Positions 47,407 through 59,235 of a stretch of DNA of 64,000 nt are shown one piece after another. The number at the start of each line of letters is the position of its first letter. Position 1 is the stretch's first letter. Below the pieces are notes generated by a model. The model saw only the letters and a list, made by a program, of their open reading frames with translations. It searched no databases and was not told where the DNA came from. A program made the position numbers and the translations under genes. Source of the DNA: Neophaeotheca triangularis (taxonomy: Eukaryota); contig BAAIJX010000050.1 in assembly GCA_054600435.1 (NCBI GenBank), positions 62,001 to 126,000 of the forward strand. Direction: 5' to 3'.

Positions 47407-50400
47407 TTAATACCTAGCCTTAACCCCACCCCTCAGCCCCTCGCGCCAAAGACAGCAAACCCCAAACTCCTCACACCACTTCTGCACCATCCAAGGCTTG
47501 AGATCCTCCTCCCTCATTTCCGTCAAACCAACTCCCTCAACCTGCCCAGCCTCCTCATCGACCGCTTTCCGCTTCCTCCCCTTCTTGTTCTTCGGAGCCT
47601 CTACCGCCCTCTCGACTTTCACGCGCACTTGTTGCGTGTTGAGATACTCGGTCAAATCTTCGAGGACGATGGGGTCATAGAGGAGGATCTTCTCATGCCA
47701 GCTTGGAGGGGAAGTGAGGCTGGAGCTGCGGGAAGCGGTTTTGATCGTGTTAGTGATTTGGGGGAAGAGGTTCGTGATTATGGACGGCCACTGAGGGTCG
47801 GTGGGTTTGAGGATTGCGGTGGCAGAGGGGACATTGGCTGTTGTGGTGTTGGATGGTGCGGGAACTTTGGTCGCTGGGGGAGGTGGGTGTGAAGGTGAGG
47901 CGGGTGGTGCTAGGTCTAGGGGTCGAATTGCTGGAGGTGTTGATGTAGCTCGCCGTCGTGGTGGAGATGGTGTTGCGGGGCTGTCTGAGTCGTCGATTTC
48001 ATCGATGTGGTGCCATTCTGTTTGGCTGGCACTTGCGTGAGTCGATGCCATTTTGGCTGGGCTCTTTCCAGGCCCGGCCACATTGGTCGGTGGGATGGGC
48101 GTCTTGCGTGGTCGACCACGGCGCTTGGGGGAGGGTGCAGCTGGAGCCTTCTCGCCTTCTTCCTTTCGAGGCCTGCCCCGCTTCTTTTTGACGAGCGAAG
48201 TGGCAGGTGCTTTGTCTTGTGCCAATGTAGATCCAGTATGAGCATCACTGACGGTAGGCTTTGCCGGCGAAGTACGCGTCATAACTCCGATATTGCTGTT
48301 CAGCGGCTGGAGAGCTGTTCTTACAGGCTGACGGGGAGAGCGAGAAGGAATTGGAAAGGGTTGGGTAGTCGTGAATCGCGGCTCATCGGAGACCGCAGAC
48401 AGCTCCAGAGGCGGCAAATTCGACTCGTCACTTTTCAACAGCATCCAGTCATCATCCTCGACGACTGGAAAGTGCTGAGCCGGCGGGGAAGTAATGTCAA
48501 CAAATCCGGAATCTTGCGTCTCATTGTCAACCTGACCTTCCACCTCCTTGCGGGGAGTATCTGCTTTTTGAGTCTCGTTCACGTCCTCGACAGCACGCAC
48601 CGTCGGCAACGGTATCTGCGTGGCCCCGGGTAGATCAAAGTGATGCGGATATTGGCCGATTTGCGCTGGCAAAGACACTCTCTCTTGGGCAGCGAGAGTA
48701 CCTTCCTCGTGGTCTCGTGCCGATACACACCATAGCTCCCGTGCAGCTTGACCGACTGACAAACTCGTGCCGTGGGGTGCTGTAGGCACTCTTGCACAGC
48801 TTTTGCTTTGCGGACTCGTCCTCGCCTGGGTGCCTAATTGCGTAGCGGATACCTCGGAGTCCCGCATCGCTAGCTGCATGTCACGCACGAAGCTGGGCGA
48901 CTCTTCACCGGCGAGCTGGCTGGAGGTCCCGAAGAGAAAGTCTTGACGTCCTATGTGTGCGCGTGATTTTTCTGGTGTGAGTAGAGGTGGAATCAAGTCG
49001 GCTTCTTTAACTTTGACCTTCTTGCTCTTCTTGGGTTTTGCGGTCCCTCCTTCGGCCTGAGGTTCCGCTCGCGATTTGCGAGGCTTCTTTGGCTTGGCTA
49101 TTGCTGTTGCGTCAGACTGAGGCGGCGCTTTATTCGCAGGTGAAGGTGGCTTGGCTGGTGCAAAGAACTCGGATACAGTGGCTTGTTGTTCTTCGACCGA
49201 GTCCGCTTGGGCTACTGGCATGTAAGCGGCTGTGGCAAGGGCGGTAATTGTTTGGGGCTTCTTGGGTGCTTTGGCCTTTTTCGTCACCTTAATCGTAGGC
49301 GTGGGAGCTTCTGCGGCTTTGATAGGCTCCGCAACCTTTGCTGGTCCGACGCGTCGGCGCTTGCTGGGTGCCTCGCCTGAAACAGTCCGTGATTTGGAAG
49401 ATTGATCGGTGCCATTGTAGCTGTAGCCTCCTAAGAGGGCAGTCAAGTTCGTGGTAGGTGATACAGCTCCGACAGAGTTAACATCCGCCACGTCTGTGTC
49501 TGCCTCGGCAATATGAGCAAGAACAACACCGCTGTCCCTGACTGATGTCCAGCTTCGCCTACGATACGCGGCTATGCCGCTTGCATTCATTGAATTGATA
49601 GCTTCGACGGGCATTGGTTCAGAAGGCTCAGCAGCGACATTCCCAACATTGGCTGTAGGCTCGGTCGAAAGCTCAGGCTGAAAAAAGTAGGTGGACTTCT
49701 CAGACTGCGCTTTCCCGCCGTTTGCAGTATTCTTTCGAGGTTGGGACTGTTTCTTCGGTGATAGTACAGCATCACGTTTTTCAATCGCGGGAGGCCCTTC
49801 GTCCGCTTTGCGTCGTCTCGGTTTTCTGCCCTTGTCTAAAGGTCGTTCGACTGGAGCTTTTTCTCGTGGGGCCATCGTGTCGGTGGACTGACCTGGAGCT
49901 CGCGACTGAGTGTCCGCGTCATCAGAATTGAAGATGAATTCCTCTGATTGTATCTTCCGTCTCCCAGGCCTTTTCGCTACTGTTTCGCCTTCGCCAACCT
50001 TGGATACATCGTCATTATTCCCCCTCTTGCGTGGTTTCTTTGTCGTTTTGACAGGGGCCTTGATCGGCGCCGCAACCGCTTCGTCTGTTTCCGGAAGTGC
50101 GAACTCATCAAGGCTGAAACTAGGTGTCCTTGAAGTTGGTCTAGAGGATTCCGTAAAGGGTACTGTCATTCCTTCTCCCTGGTCTTGCCTAGTCTCTGTG
50201 CCTAACCAGCGATCGTGCACAGAATCGGTTAAGCTGAAACTTTCCGTTCCCCTTCCTGCTCCCTCCTTGCCATTCTCCGGCGCGTTGCTCTGAATTCTCT
50301 CATTCCGCGAATCCTGTTTCTTCTTCCGCGGTCGCGCAAGCTTGCCCTCCTTCTTCCCCTTGGCACTGCCCTTAGCATTCCCCGTAGTAGCCTCCTCGGC

Positions 50401-50739
50401 CTCCGCTTTCGCCTTTTCTTCCTCGCGCATCCTACACTCAGCCTCAGCGTCCTGCTCCACCTGCCGCAAATCCCAAACCTTGCTCGCAGAGGTAAACCCT
50501 ATAGCCGCTCCCTCAGGGATGCTGGTGGCCCGCGATCCGCCCTTGATGCCTGCTCTAGGCCGCACAAACTGGCTCGGCGAGGGAAGTTTCGGGGATGACG
50601 AGATTGTGTGCACTACTTGCTGCTGCTGCTGGCGAGCATGTTGCTTGTTCGGCGGTGTCACGTTGAGCTGGTGGAAAGTTTCTGGCGAGGAGCTGCTGTT
50701 CAGCACTATGGGGCTACCGTTGATGGGCATGTTGGGCAT
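47407..50739 (-). CDS. SLX4: Structure-specific endonuclease subunit Slx4, ~1110 aa
   Basis: C-terminal conserved domain 'SWHEKILLYDPIVLEDLTEYLN...MVQKWCEEFGVCCLW', internal 'QDFLFGTSSQL', and a long low-complexity body. The start is uncertain (50739 or 50730; a longer near-cognate ORF reaches 50847). Confidence 0.88.
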   Translation of the reverse strand: MPNMPINGSPIVLNSSSSPETFHQLNVTPPNKQHARQQQQQVVHTISSSPKLPSPSQFVRPRAGIKGGSRATSIPEGAAIGFTSASKVWDLRQVEQDAEAECRMREEEKAKAEAEEATTGNAKGSAKGKKEGKLARPRKKKQDSRNERIQSNAPENGKEGAGRGTESFSLTDSVHDRWLGTETRQDQGEGMTVPFTESSRPTSRTPSFSLDEFALPETDEAVAAPIKAPVKTTKKPRKRGNNDDVSKVGEGETVAKRPGRRKIQSEEFIFNSDDADTQSRAPGQSTDTMAPREKAPVERPLDKGRKPRRRKADEGPPAIEKRDAVLSPKKQSQPRKNTANGGKAQSEKSTYFFQPELSTEPTANVGNVAAEPSEPMPVEAINSMNASGIAAYRRRSWTSVRDSGVVLAHIAEADTDVADVNSVGAVSPTTNLTALLGGYSYNGTDQSSKSRTVSGEAPSKRRRVGPAKVAEPIKAAEAPTPTIKVTKKAKAPKKPQTITALATAAYMPVAQADSVEEQQATVSEFFAPAKPPSPANKAPPQSDATAIAKPKKPRKSRAEPQAEGGTAKPKKSKKVKVKEADLIPPLLTPEKSRAHIGRQDFLFGTSSQLAGEESPSFVRDMQLAMRDSEVSATQLGTQARTSPQSKSCARVPTAPHGTSLSVGQAARELWCVSARDHEEGTLAAQERVSLPAQIGQYPHHFDLPGATQIPLPTVRAVEDVNETQKADTPRKEVEGQVDNETQDSGFVDITSPPAQHFPVVEDDDWMLLKSDESNLPPLELSAVSDEPRFTTTQPFPIPSRSPRQPVRTALQPLNSNIGVMTRTSPAKPTVSDAHTGSTLAQDKAPATSLVKKKRGRPRKEEGEKAPAAPSPKRRGRPRKTPIPPTNVAGPGKSPAKMASTHASASQTEWHHIDEIDDSDSPATPSPPRRRATSTPPAIRPLDLAPPASPSHPPPPATKVPAPSNTTTANVPSATAILKPTDPQWPSIITNLFPQITNTIKTASRSSSLTSPPSWHEKILLYDPIVLEDLTEYLNTQQVRVKVERAVEAPKNKKGRKRKAVDEEAGQVEGVGLTEMREEDLKPWMVQKWCEEFGVCCLWREGLRGGVKARY

Positions 50740-51420
50740 GGGGTGGCGGCGAGGGCGCTGCAACCATTGCTGAAGAGAGCGCAATGGCAGTTTGCAACTG
50801 TGTTGGACTGCCAGTATAGCTTTATGGCTGTTTATGGAGACTTCCAATGTCAGGCTCAGGTTCAGGTTCAGGATGTGGTGGTGTCGCTGATGCTGTTCCT
50901 GCCTTGAAAGCGCGTCGGCAACGCGCAGTCACGTGGCGATAACGGTGGACGAGATTCGCTTTGTCCGATTATGGCTCCACGTCTGATCAGGATATCGTTG
51001 CCTGCAGGAAATCTAGCAGAAATCTACCCTTGCAATACATGGTTGATCCATCGCCGCCATGTTATGTATACGATATTCATACCTGATCAACCACCTTGAG
51101 CAAGGAAGGAGGGACTGATCCTGTCTGAAGTGAAGTGAAGTGAAGTCCAGAAACGCTTACCGGCCCGTTATCGCTGGTGGTGAATGCTGCCTTATCTGTG
51201 GCAGCTAACCGAATTAGGAAGGTCGGCGCATGATGTCAAACGCTATGATGGTGACAATCAGATATCCGCGATGTTTGACCTCCAGCTGTCTCTGGTCAAC
51301 GAATGTGTTTTCGTCACGTTTACCCTCTAGCCATATTGTACAGGACCGTAGGGTGCCAGTACTCGTTGAATCAATGGGAAGTCCGGCCTTGATTTCCAAC
51401 AGCCCCTCATCACCACCAAC

Positions 51421-53866
51421 ATGCCGACCGAACGAACGCACCTCATAGAGCGAGTGCCGGTCGAGGACCACTCGGAGCGGTATCCTCATTTTAGAGTAAG
51501 ACACGCATCGCATCGTCGAATACCAGAGCTGAGTGTTCGCAAACTGACACCGCACCCTGTAGTTGCGCCGGTTCTGTACAATAGCCTTGACGAGCATCCC
51601 CCTCCTAACCCTCATTATCGTCCTCTTTTGCATGGCCATAGGAGGACAGACCGACCTCTTCGGCGATCACAAGACCAAATCTGAGTCTTTGGAGCGGGTG
51701 GTATACGATATACCCCATCCATCATGGCCAGAGTCGGACGGCATGAGCTACGAACAGCTCCAGAGAACCTTGCTAGACACCCCAGATCCGGCAAAAGCGA
51801 GAGAGTGGTCCGAATACTACACAGCTGGCCCACATCTTGCGGGCAAGAATCTAAGCCAAGCTGAATGGACACGGGATTTGTGGAAGAGCTTTGGTGTGGA
51901 ACAAAGCGAGGTTGTGTCTTATGACACCTACATCAACTACCCGCTTGATCACCGGCTGGCCATGCTCAAGGACGGCGAGGTGGCATACGAGGCTAGCTTG
52001 AAAGAAGATGTTCTTCCTGAAGACCCTACCACAGCGCATCCGGACAGCATACCTACTTTCCATGGCTACAGCGCCAACGGCAACGTGACGGCGCAGTACG
52101 TCTTTGTCAACTATGGCACTTTCGCCGACTTTGAAGATTTACGGGAAGCTGAGGTAGATCTTCATGGCAAGATTGCGCTTGCCAAGTATGGTGGTGTGTT
52201 TCGAGGCTTGAAGATCAAGAGAGCTTCTGAATTGGGGATGATTGGTGTAGTCATGTATAGTGATCCTGGAGACGATGGGGACGTGAGGGAGGAGAATGGC
52301 TACAAGCCTTATCCATCCGGTCCCGCTCGGCAACCTAGCAGCGTGCAGAGAGGGAGTGCGCAATATTTGAGTAGGTGTATGCGTTAAAGGTCACAAGAGC
52401 TGTACTGACAGTCTGTAGGCGTTGCACCAGGCGATCCTACTACACCTGGATACCCTTCCCTCCCTGGCGCTGAGCGTCAGCCGGTCGACGGCGCTATCCC
52501 AGACATTCCGTCCCTCCCCGTATCTTATGCCGACGCACTTCCGTTGCTCAAAGCCTTGAATGGTCATGGGCCTAAAGCTTCATCTTTTAATGAGTACTGG
52601 CAAGGTGGTGGGCTCCGCCACAAAGGCGTACACTACAACATTGGGCCCTCACCCGCATCGACGACTCTCAACCTGTACAACGCCCAAGAATACGTCACAA
52701 CCCCTCTCTGGAATGTAATTGGTATCATAAACGGTACGATTCCAGACGAAGTTGTAGTCATTGGCAACCACCGCGATGCCTGGATCGTTGGTGGTGCTGG
52801 AGATCCCAACTCTGGCTCGGCCGCCATGAACGAAGTCATTCGATCCATGGGATTAGCCATGTCTAACGGTTGGAGACCCCTCCGTACTATCGTCTTCGCC
52901 TCCTGGGACGGAGAAGAATACGGCCTCATCGGCTCCACAGAGTGGGTAGAAGAATACGTGCCTTGGCTCAGAAACAGCACCGTCGCCTACATAAACGTGG
53001 ACGTCGGGGCCCGAGGGGATGAATTCCACGCCTCAGCCGCGCCGCTCCTCAACAAAGCCATCTACACCGCCATCAACCTCGTACCCTCCCCTAATCAAAC
53101 CACGTCCGGCCAATCCGTCGGCGACGTCTGGGACGGCCGAATTACCACCATGGGATCTGGATCAGACTTTACCGCTTTCCAAGATTTCGCCGGCATCCCG
53201 TCCATCGACCTAGGCTTCGGAGCCAGCTCCACAGACGCCGTCTACCACTACCACTCCAACTACGACTCTTTCTACTGGATGGACCACTTCGGCGACGCCA
53301 AATGGCAATATCACACGGCGTGCGCGCAGATCTTGGGACTGCTGCTCGCCGATCTCGTCGAGACACCCATTATCAATTTCAACGCCACAGACTATGCCCT
53401 AGGGCTACAACACTACCTTGCGAGCGTCAAAACCGCTTTCAACTCTAGCGTGCTCGCCTCCTCAGCCACCAACGACGAGAGCGACATCTTCGCCCCCCTT
53501 GACCAGGCTGCCACAGCCCTCTTGCAAACCTCCATCGCCTTCGACACCACCGCGTCCCACCTCGCCACCAACCTCCAAGCCCTGCCGCCCGGCCACCGGA
53601 ACGCCCCTTCCGCATACACCTCCGTCCGCAACGTCAACATAAAATACAAATTTCTCGAGCGTGAATTCCTCTACCAACCAGGCTTAGACAGCCGACCGTG
53701 GTTTAAACACGTTGTCTTTGCTCCCGGTCTGTGGACGGGATATTCGGGCGCCACTTTTCCGGGTATGGTTGAGGCGATTGCAGATGCAGATCGTGAGGGG
53801 TTAGAGAAGTGGGTGGAGATTTCTACCAAGAGTCTTGAGGGGGCTAGGACGTTGTTGGAACGGTAG
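51421..53866 (+). CDS. Glutamate carboxypeptidase II / transferrin-receptor-like M28B peptidase (Vps70-like), type II membrane protein, ~776 aa, 3 exons
   Basis: Exons 51421-51495, 51563-52370 and 52419-53866, with GT-AG introns, ACTGAC branch sites and frame preserved. It has an N-terminal TM helix, a PA domain 'FVNYGT...RGLKIK' and M28 motifs GNHRDAW, GAGDPNSG, SWDGEEYG and YHYHSNYD. The TfR dimerisation domain includes 'RPWFKHVVFAPG'. Confidence 0.92.
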
Positions 53867-55824
53867 GGTTGAGATGGTTGGGAGTGGAGTTGGAGTTGGG
53901 AAGGGCGTTTGCAGTGGGTTTCTGGTTTAATTTTGGAGTTGGGAGGCGGGCATTTGGGCGTGGGCGCTGGGAGTGTAACGAATGGGACGGTTGTATATCA
54001 CTTGAGAACTCTCCGGACTTTTGAAAGGACCGATTCAAACTTTGCCCATGTCTCCGAATGCCGATCCAGTGGGAAGAAAATGGCAACACCGCTCAGGCAC
54101 AACCAGCCCGCCAAGGCCAAAGCCTCGAGCGAAATCACAAATGACTACCTACGCAAAGCAAACGAGCCACAAGCAACCGACACGCGTAATCTTGCCAATC
54201 GCTAGCAAAAATCAATAACCCGCACATCGCGCACAACTCCCCCTAGACCCCACCATTTTGGCAAGACAAACCCCCGCAATCCCCCACTCACGCCACAAAT
54301 CCCACCACCCACCACCTATCCATCTATCCACCCCCACACGTCCTCTAAACTGCATTAGCTTCCCCATCTCCGCCCATTCACCCGCGCCATCGACATCCTA
54401 CCGCTCCGCCCTCTCCTCATTGAATCGCCATCCACAACCAAGCACCCCCGCCATGCCTCGGCAGCAGCAACAGTAGCGAGGACAAAGCATCACGAAAGCC
54501 CTCAAGTCAGTGGGGCCGGGGGACTGGTGCCGTCACTTGTCTCAAGCAAGAGAGACAGTTTCTCGACGACTCGTTCACTACTGCAGGGCCAGCGAGTGAG
54601 TGAGTGAGCTGGCAAGTGAGTGCATCGGGGAGGATTGGTGAAGGGGATGGCCGCAACGACCAAGCAAGCAAGCAGCAGACTCTCTCTCTCCCAGAGTACA
54701 GCACCTGGGAGCACTTAAAGAGAGCCCGGTGCTTGCAAGCTGCGACAAGGGAGTTTGGGGCTTACGTTGTGCGGGCCACGTTCTCGGGTTGCTTGTGCGG
54801 GTGGACTTCTGGGGGGCCGATCGGTCCAAATCTAGCTTCATTCACTCTTCGGTATCGATCCGTACAACCGCGGTGGCGATTGTGCCAGGGTATACCAGCT
54901 GGCACTAGCTCTCTAGAAGGAAAATCCCACAGCGCGCCTCGAGTTTTCTAAGCGGCAAACGTCCCGTCACTTTCAATCATAGGTGATTGCTTCCTGTCGC
55001 ACTCGGGAATTACCCTCCAGCCCAGGCTCAGGCGAGGTGAGGCGAGGCGAGGCAACGTTTCCCACGGCAGGATAAGCGAAAAAAGCCGCTGACTGCTCGA
55101 TAGTAGCGGGCATCTCTATTGTCACAGCCGGAGTTAGCGGCGCTCTCTGCAGGGCATCTAGCCGTCGTCACTGAGGTCTGACGATACGCATGCGTTGGAC
55201 TTTTGGGCGTTCGATGTAGGCGGTATATTGGCATCCGGTGGCATTGCCGCCAAGCTCTGGATCCTTAACTGGCGTCTATACTATCTTAGGTAGGCCGGGG
55301 CACTATCGTCAGTATTGCAGGGGGAGTGCCAACATCGATGCAGCAACAAAGTAAAAAGTCAACTCGAGCAAACGTGGACGAAGGGCAGGAAAAGAGAAGC
55401 AGAAAGGAAAGCAGAGCGCAACCAGGGAAAGGAAAAGGGGGAAGAAAAAAATGGCGACCTAAAGACGAAACACCAACACTCGATCGAGTGATACGAGTAA
55501 AAGCTAGGCCTCTGTTGAAAAGGCAGCCCATTACTTATGTGCTGAGCTATAAGTCATACCCTCCACATATTCCCTTTTCACCCAATGAGCAGCCACATCT
55601 TGAGCAGCCGCGGCAGGTATATTTCACTTTCCCTCTACCTACCTTCGCGCCACATCTGCAACCCCGATCGAGTAATCCATTTCTATTCTCCGGCACGCGT
55701 GCTGACTTTTTGACTCTTGTTGTTAAAGCAACTCGCAAGGAGATTGAGTCTACCAGGTATCATCATCGTCGTTCGTCAAAACCCCCCATGCTGTAGGCGG
55801 CACGTGTCCATGTCCTACGCAGTC

Positions 55825-57313
55825 TCACGACTCGGCGTCAACGAAAACGTCTTCCCCTCCTGTGCTGTCCTGCCTGTGAACAACCCTCTCCTTGATGTCT
55901 CCACTGGGCTGTGTACCCACTGTACCTGCACCATCGTTCTGGCCGAAGTCAATCAAGTCTCCGTGACCCTGCGGCGATTCTTTGCCCTGTTGGCTCGGCA
56001 ACGCCTTGTCTTGGGCAAAGTCTTGTGTTTGTTTGCCTTGCCCGGGGAGAATGGGGGCAATAGCAAGAGTCTGCTCGACTTGCTTCTCCGCGGGAGCAAA
56101 GGCGTCGACTTCCGCGGCGATGATCCAGTCCAGAGACTCTTCGTCACCAGGAGGGGCGGGTTTGAAGAGTTTTGGTTGCCAGGGTTTGTCACCGCGATCG
56201 GCGGCTTCGCGGCGCTGCTCGTCCTCGATTCGGCTTTTCTCGTCCGTCGCCATGCGGTGGTCGGCTTTTCTGATCGCTTTGGTGGTGCTGTCCCAGAGAC
56301 GTTGGCTCTCGCGCTCGGCTTGCTCCTCCAATGGACGAGCCTTGATCATGGACGGACGAGCGGTTTCGGCGTCGAAGAACATTTCCTTTTTGCCCGTGGC
56401 GAGGTCTTTGATGTACATTTGGCCATGCCAGAATCCCGAAAGTTCGTACAGGTTCTTGCCAGTGGATGTCTGCTTGATATAGCCGCCAATGGCGTTGTAG
56501 GTGCCGCCCATCCAACCTTTGACTTTGAATTCGACGTCCGCAGAAAGGTCCAGTTCGGGCGACTTAACAAGCGCGTGATCACCGAGTTCGTACTTCATTT
56601 TGCCGAAGAGGATGCCGCGGGCGTACATGTTGGGTTGGGTGATGAAGCTGTGGAGGGAAAATGTCAGCGAAGTGGGGGAGTTGGTGAGATGCAGTGGATT
56701 GTACGTACTATCTCTCTCCGTTGCGGTTCTGGAATCTCATCACTGCAATCCCTTCCATAAAACTGCCTACGCTGTTGCCCAGGAACTTGCTACGAGGCTT
56801 GAGCGTCCCATCTATCCGGATGTGGTGTTCTGGTGCCAAGAAGAAGTACGAGCTTTTCGGTGGGTGGTGGGAAGTCTGTTCAGAAATATAATACCCCTTT
56901 GTCCCATCCGAGTAATCCCAATACCCAGTGAATGTCTCCCCGAGTATCGGATTTAGCGGCTTCTTGACTCCAGGAGGCTTGATGTGCCAGCCACTGAGAT
57001 AAAACTTGGTGACCTCGACAAAACGCTTCACCGGATCATCTATCGTGGGCAGAGGGAGCAGGGTCTCGGGGTGTGACATGAAGTTTGTGATTCTCTCCAG
57101 CATGCTCCGGGGTTCGAGGATGAAAGTGGGCAGAGTGACTCGAGAGAGGTCGGCGCCTGGCCGGAGCTGGGAGATGATATGGCTGAGCACGTTGCCCTGC
57201 TCGGCGTCAACTGTGGTCTCATCTTCGCCGGGCTCGTCGCGGGAGCCGGTATCGACGCTAGAGCGGTTGCTCGCAGTGCTGCTCTTGCGGTGGGAGGAGT
57301 GACCGAGAACCAT
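55825..57313 (-). CDS. Oxysterol-binding protein-related lipid transfer protein, Osh6/Osh7 (PS/PI4P exchanger) type, ~475 aa, 2 exons
   Basis: Exons 57313-56709 and 56647-55825 flank a 61-nt GTACGT...GCTGAC...CAG intron. ORD signature EQTSHHPP and 'KKPLNPILGETF', plus the Osh6/7-type 'DLSRVTLPTFILEPRSMLERITNF'. Confidence 0.92.
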
Positions 57314-58894
57314 GGTGGGTAGCGGCGGAAGGGTAGCACTTCTGGGTGGAGGGTGCTAGTTTGAGGGCATATGAGGGTGGTGCGCAAGAGGGGAGCACCA
57401 CAGTCGGCGGGGGTTGAGAGTGGAGAGACGGTGCAGGTGGTCCTCGAGGAAAAGGGGTCAGGTCAGGTCAGGCGGGCTGAGCGCTGACTGCTGGGTGGAA
57501 GCAAATAAAGTTGGATGCGGACGGGCGGTGGATCAGGTGATTGGCGTTTTCTCTCCTCCAGCAAGCGTCGACGCAGGTGGTGTAGTAGGAGCTTGGCGGG
57601 TGGTTATGGTCGAGAAAGCAGTTTCCGTTGGCTCTAGGTACGACGAGATACGAATAATACGCAACAGTAGAGCAGAGGCGGGCGTGGAGTTATGGGAGGT
57701 GGGCAGCCTGCCTGCAGTCACGAGTGTTTGTTTCAACCCAGACGGGCAAGACGGGCAGTAATAGCCCCACGTCATATCCAACAACCCCACCGCGCTTCAG
57801 CTCTTCCCCCTTGGCACAACCTCATTGGCTTCAGGCGCGGCTGTTTCCGACTTCACTTCACTTAGGTTCACTTCCACCCTACCCCCTACGACTTACCACT
57901 GTCGAGCTTCGGATAAACACGTGCTGGATGTGCGTTTGATTGATGAGATTTCGTCGTTCAATTGGACAGGTGTCTTGCAGCTGGTCGGCTTCTAGCTGAC
58001 ACAGTGCTCTACAGGGGCGATAGAAATGCCACACACATGAGGTTCGGATAACTTTCGCATCACGGCGCCGGGCCTGGTGATGCCCTTTTACTCTTACAGT
58101 AGCTAGTGTGCCAGGACCCTCGATGTGACGGTTACCCACACCTATCTTCAAGAGTCTCACCACTGTCCTGTTGATGTAAGTGAAGCATCAGCGTGCGACC
58201 GCACCGTGAACTGTGGATTTGGTGGTGAACGATTCTAGCAATTTGACTTTTGACCGTCACGCCCCCTTGATAAAGATGTCAAGATCCTCTGTTCTAAAAG
58301 ATGCCACAGACTGCTCAAGTAACGCCAAATCTTGTTAGTGACGCCGTTGAATGCCGTTATTTGCTACAGAGAACCTCTATTGGAGCTGTCGGCTCTATAC
58401 AGATCAGGGTCCAGGCCTATCATAACAGCTGAATGGTTCAACTGCGCAGGTCTGTATGAGCGCTGCACACTAGGCTGACTAGATGTTAGACTTAGAAGTG
58501 TACTTTGCACTAGAAATTGAGTATCGGATTCCGTTGCTTCAGTGGTTTGGACTTACGAGTATGATGATCAGCAGTGCTATACCATGACATGGTAGTTGAA
58601 GCTTGAGAACTTCTAATACAACAGTGCCAGGTAAAACAAAAACTGCTGAAAGACCGAGCAATTGCTTTGTACTGAGCGTTGCCTTCCCTTCCACAAAAGA
58701 AAAATTCATTCATAATAAGTCACAAATTCACCACAAAGTCTAGTATCTCCATTTGAGTGTATGACACAAGTTTTAATATAGTGTTAGTGAGATTATTGCA
58801 AACCAAACACAAGTGCAAAAAAAAAATAGCAAGTAGCGCGCTGGGCCGCTGGCAAAATCATCAGATGTACAAATGTCAAAAAAAGTGCAAGAAT

Positions 58895-59235
58895 AATTGG
58901 ATTCCCACATGGTCACCCACCGTGGTACAAGTCAGCCCCTGATCTACTTTGCGACGAGTCAGCGAGCGATTCCTGTCGCAAATGGCCCGAGGGGCTCACC
59001 TTAGGGTTTGGAAGTGGTGGATGCAATAAATGCACTGTTAGTTGGTCTTAGGCAATGTCGCCTGGCCCAATCTACCCAAAAATCGCAAAAAAATTGGATT
59101 CCCAAGTGGCCACCCACCGTGGTACATGTCAACGAATGATCTGCAGATGCTAGAAGTTAGTAAGTGATCTCCAGCGCAAACGGCCTGAGGGGCTCACCTT
59201 AAGGTTCAGAAGTGAGAAGTTGAATATATGCACTG
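58895..59235. repeat. Diverged two-copy tandem repeat, period ~197-198 bp
   Basis: Copies start at 58895 and 59092. Shared blocks: AATTGGATTCCCA, CACCCACCGTGGTACA, TGATCT, CGCAAA, GAGGGGCTCACCTTA, GAAGTG, ATGCACTG. Confidence 0.9.

Noticed and set aside
50982..51010. CTGATCAGG...CCTGCAGGA resembling the P4/P5 half of a TPP riboswitch
   Set aside because: The loop length is wrong, the upstream CUGAGA element is missing, and the neighbours are not thiamine genes.
54493..54766. GAAAGCCCT ... GGGGCTTAC as an RNase MRP P4 pseudoknot
   Set aside because: It lacks the bulged U in CR-I, and the CR-V spacing does not fit the consensus.
55717..56760. 347-aa + strand ORF
   Set aside because: It is the antisense shadow of the Osh-type gene.
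58895..59235. CRISPR-like array interpretation of the repeated blocks
   Set aside because: There are only two copies, the intervening segments are homologous rather than unique, the context is eukaryotic, and no cas genes are present.
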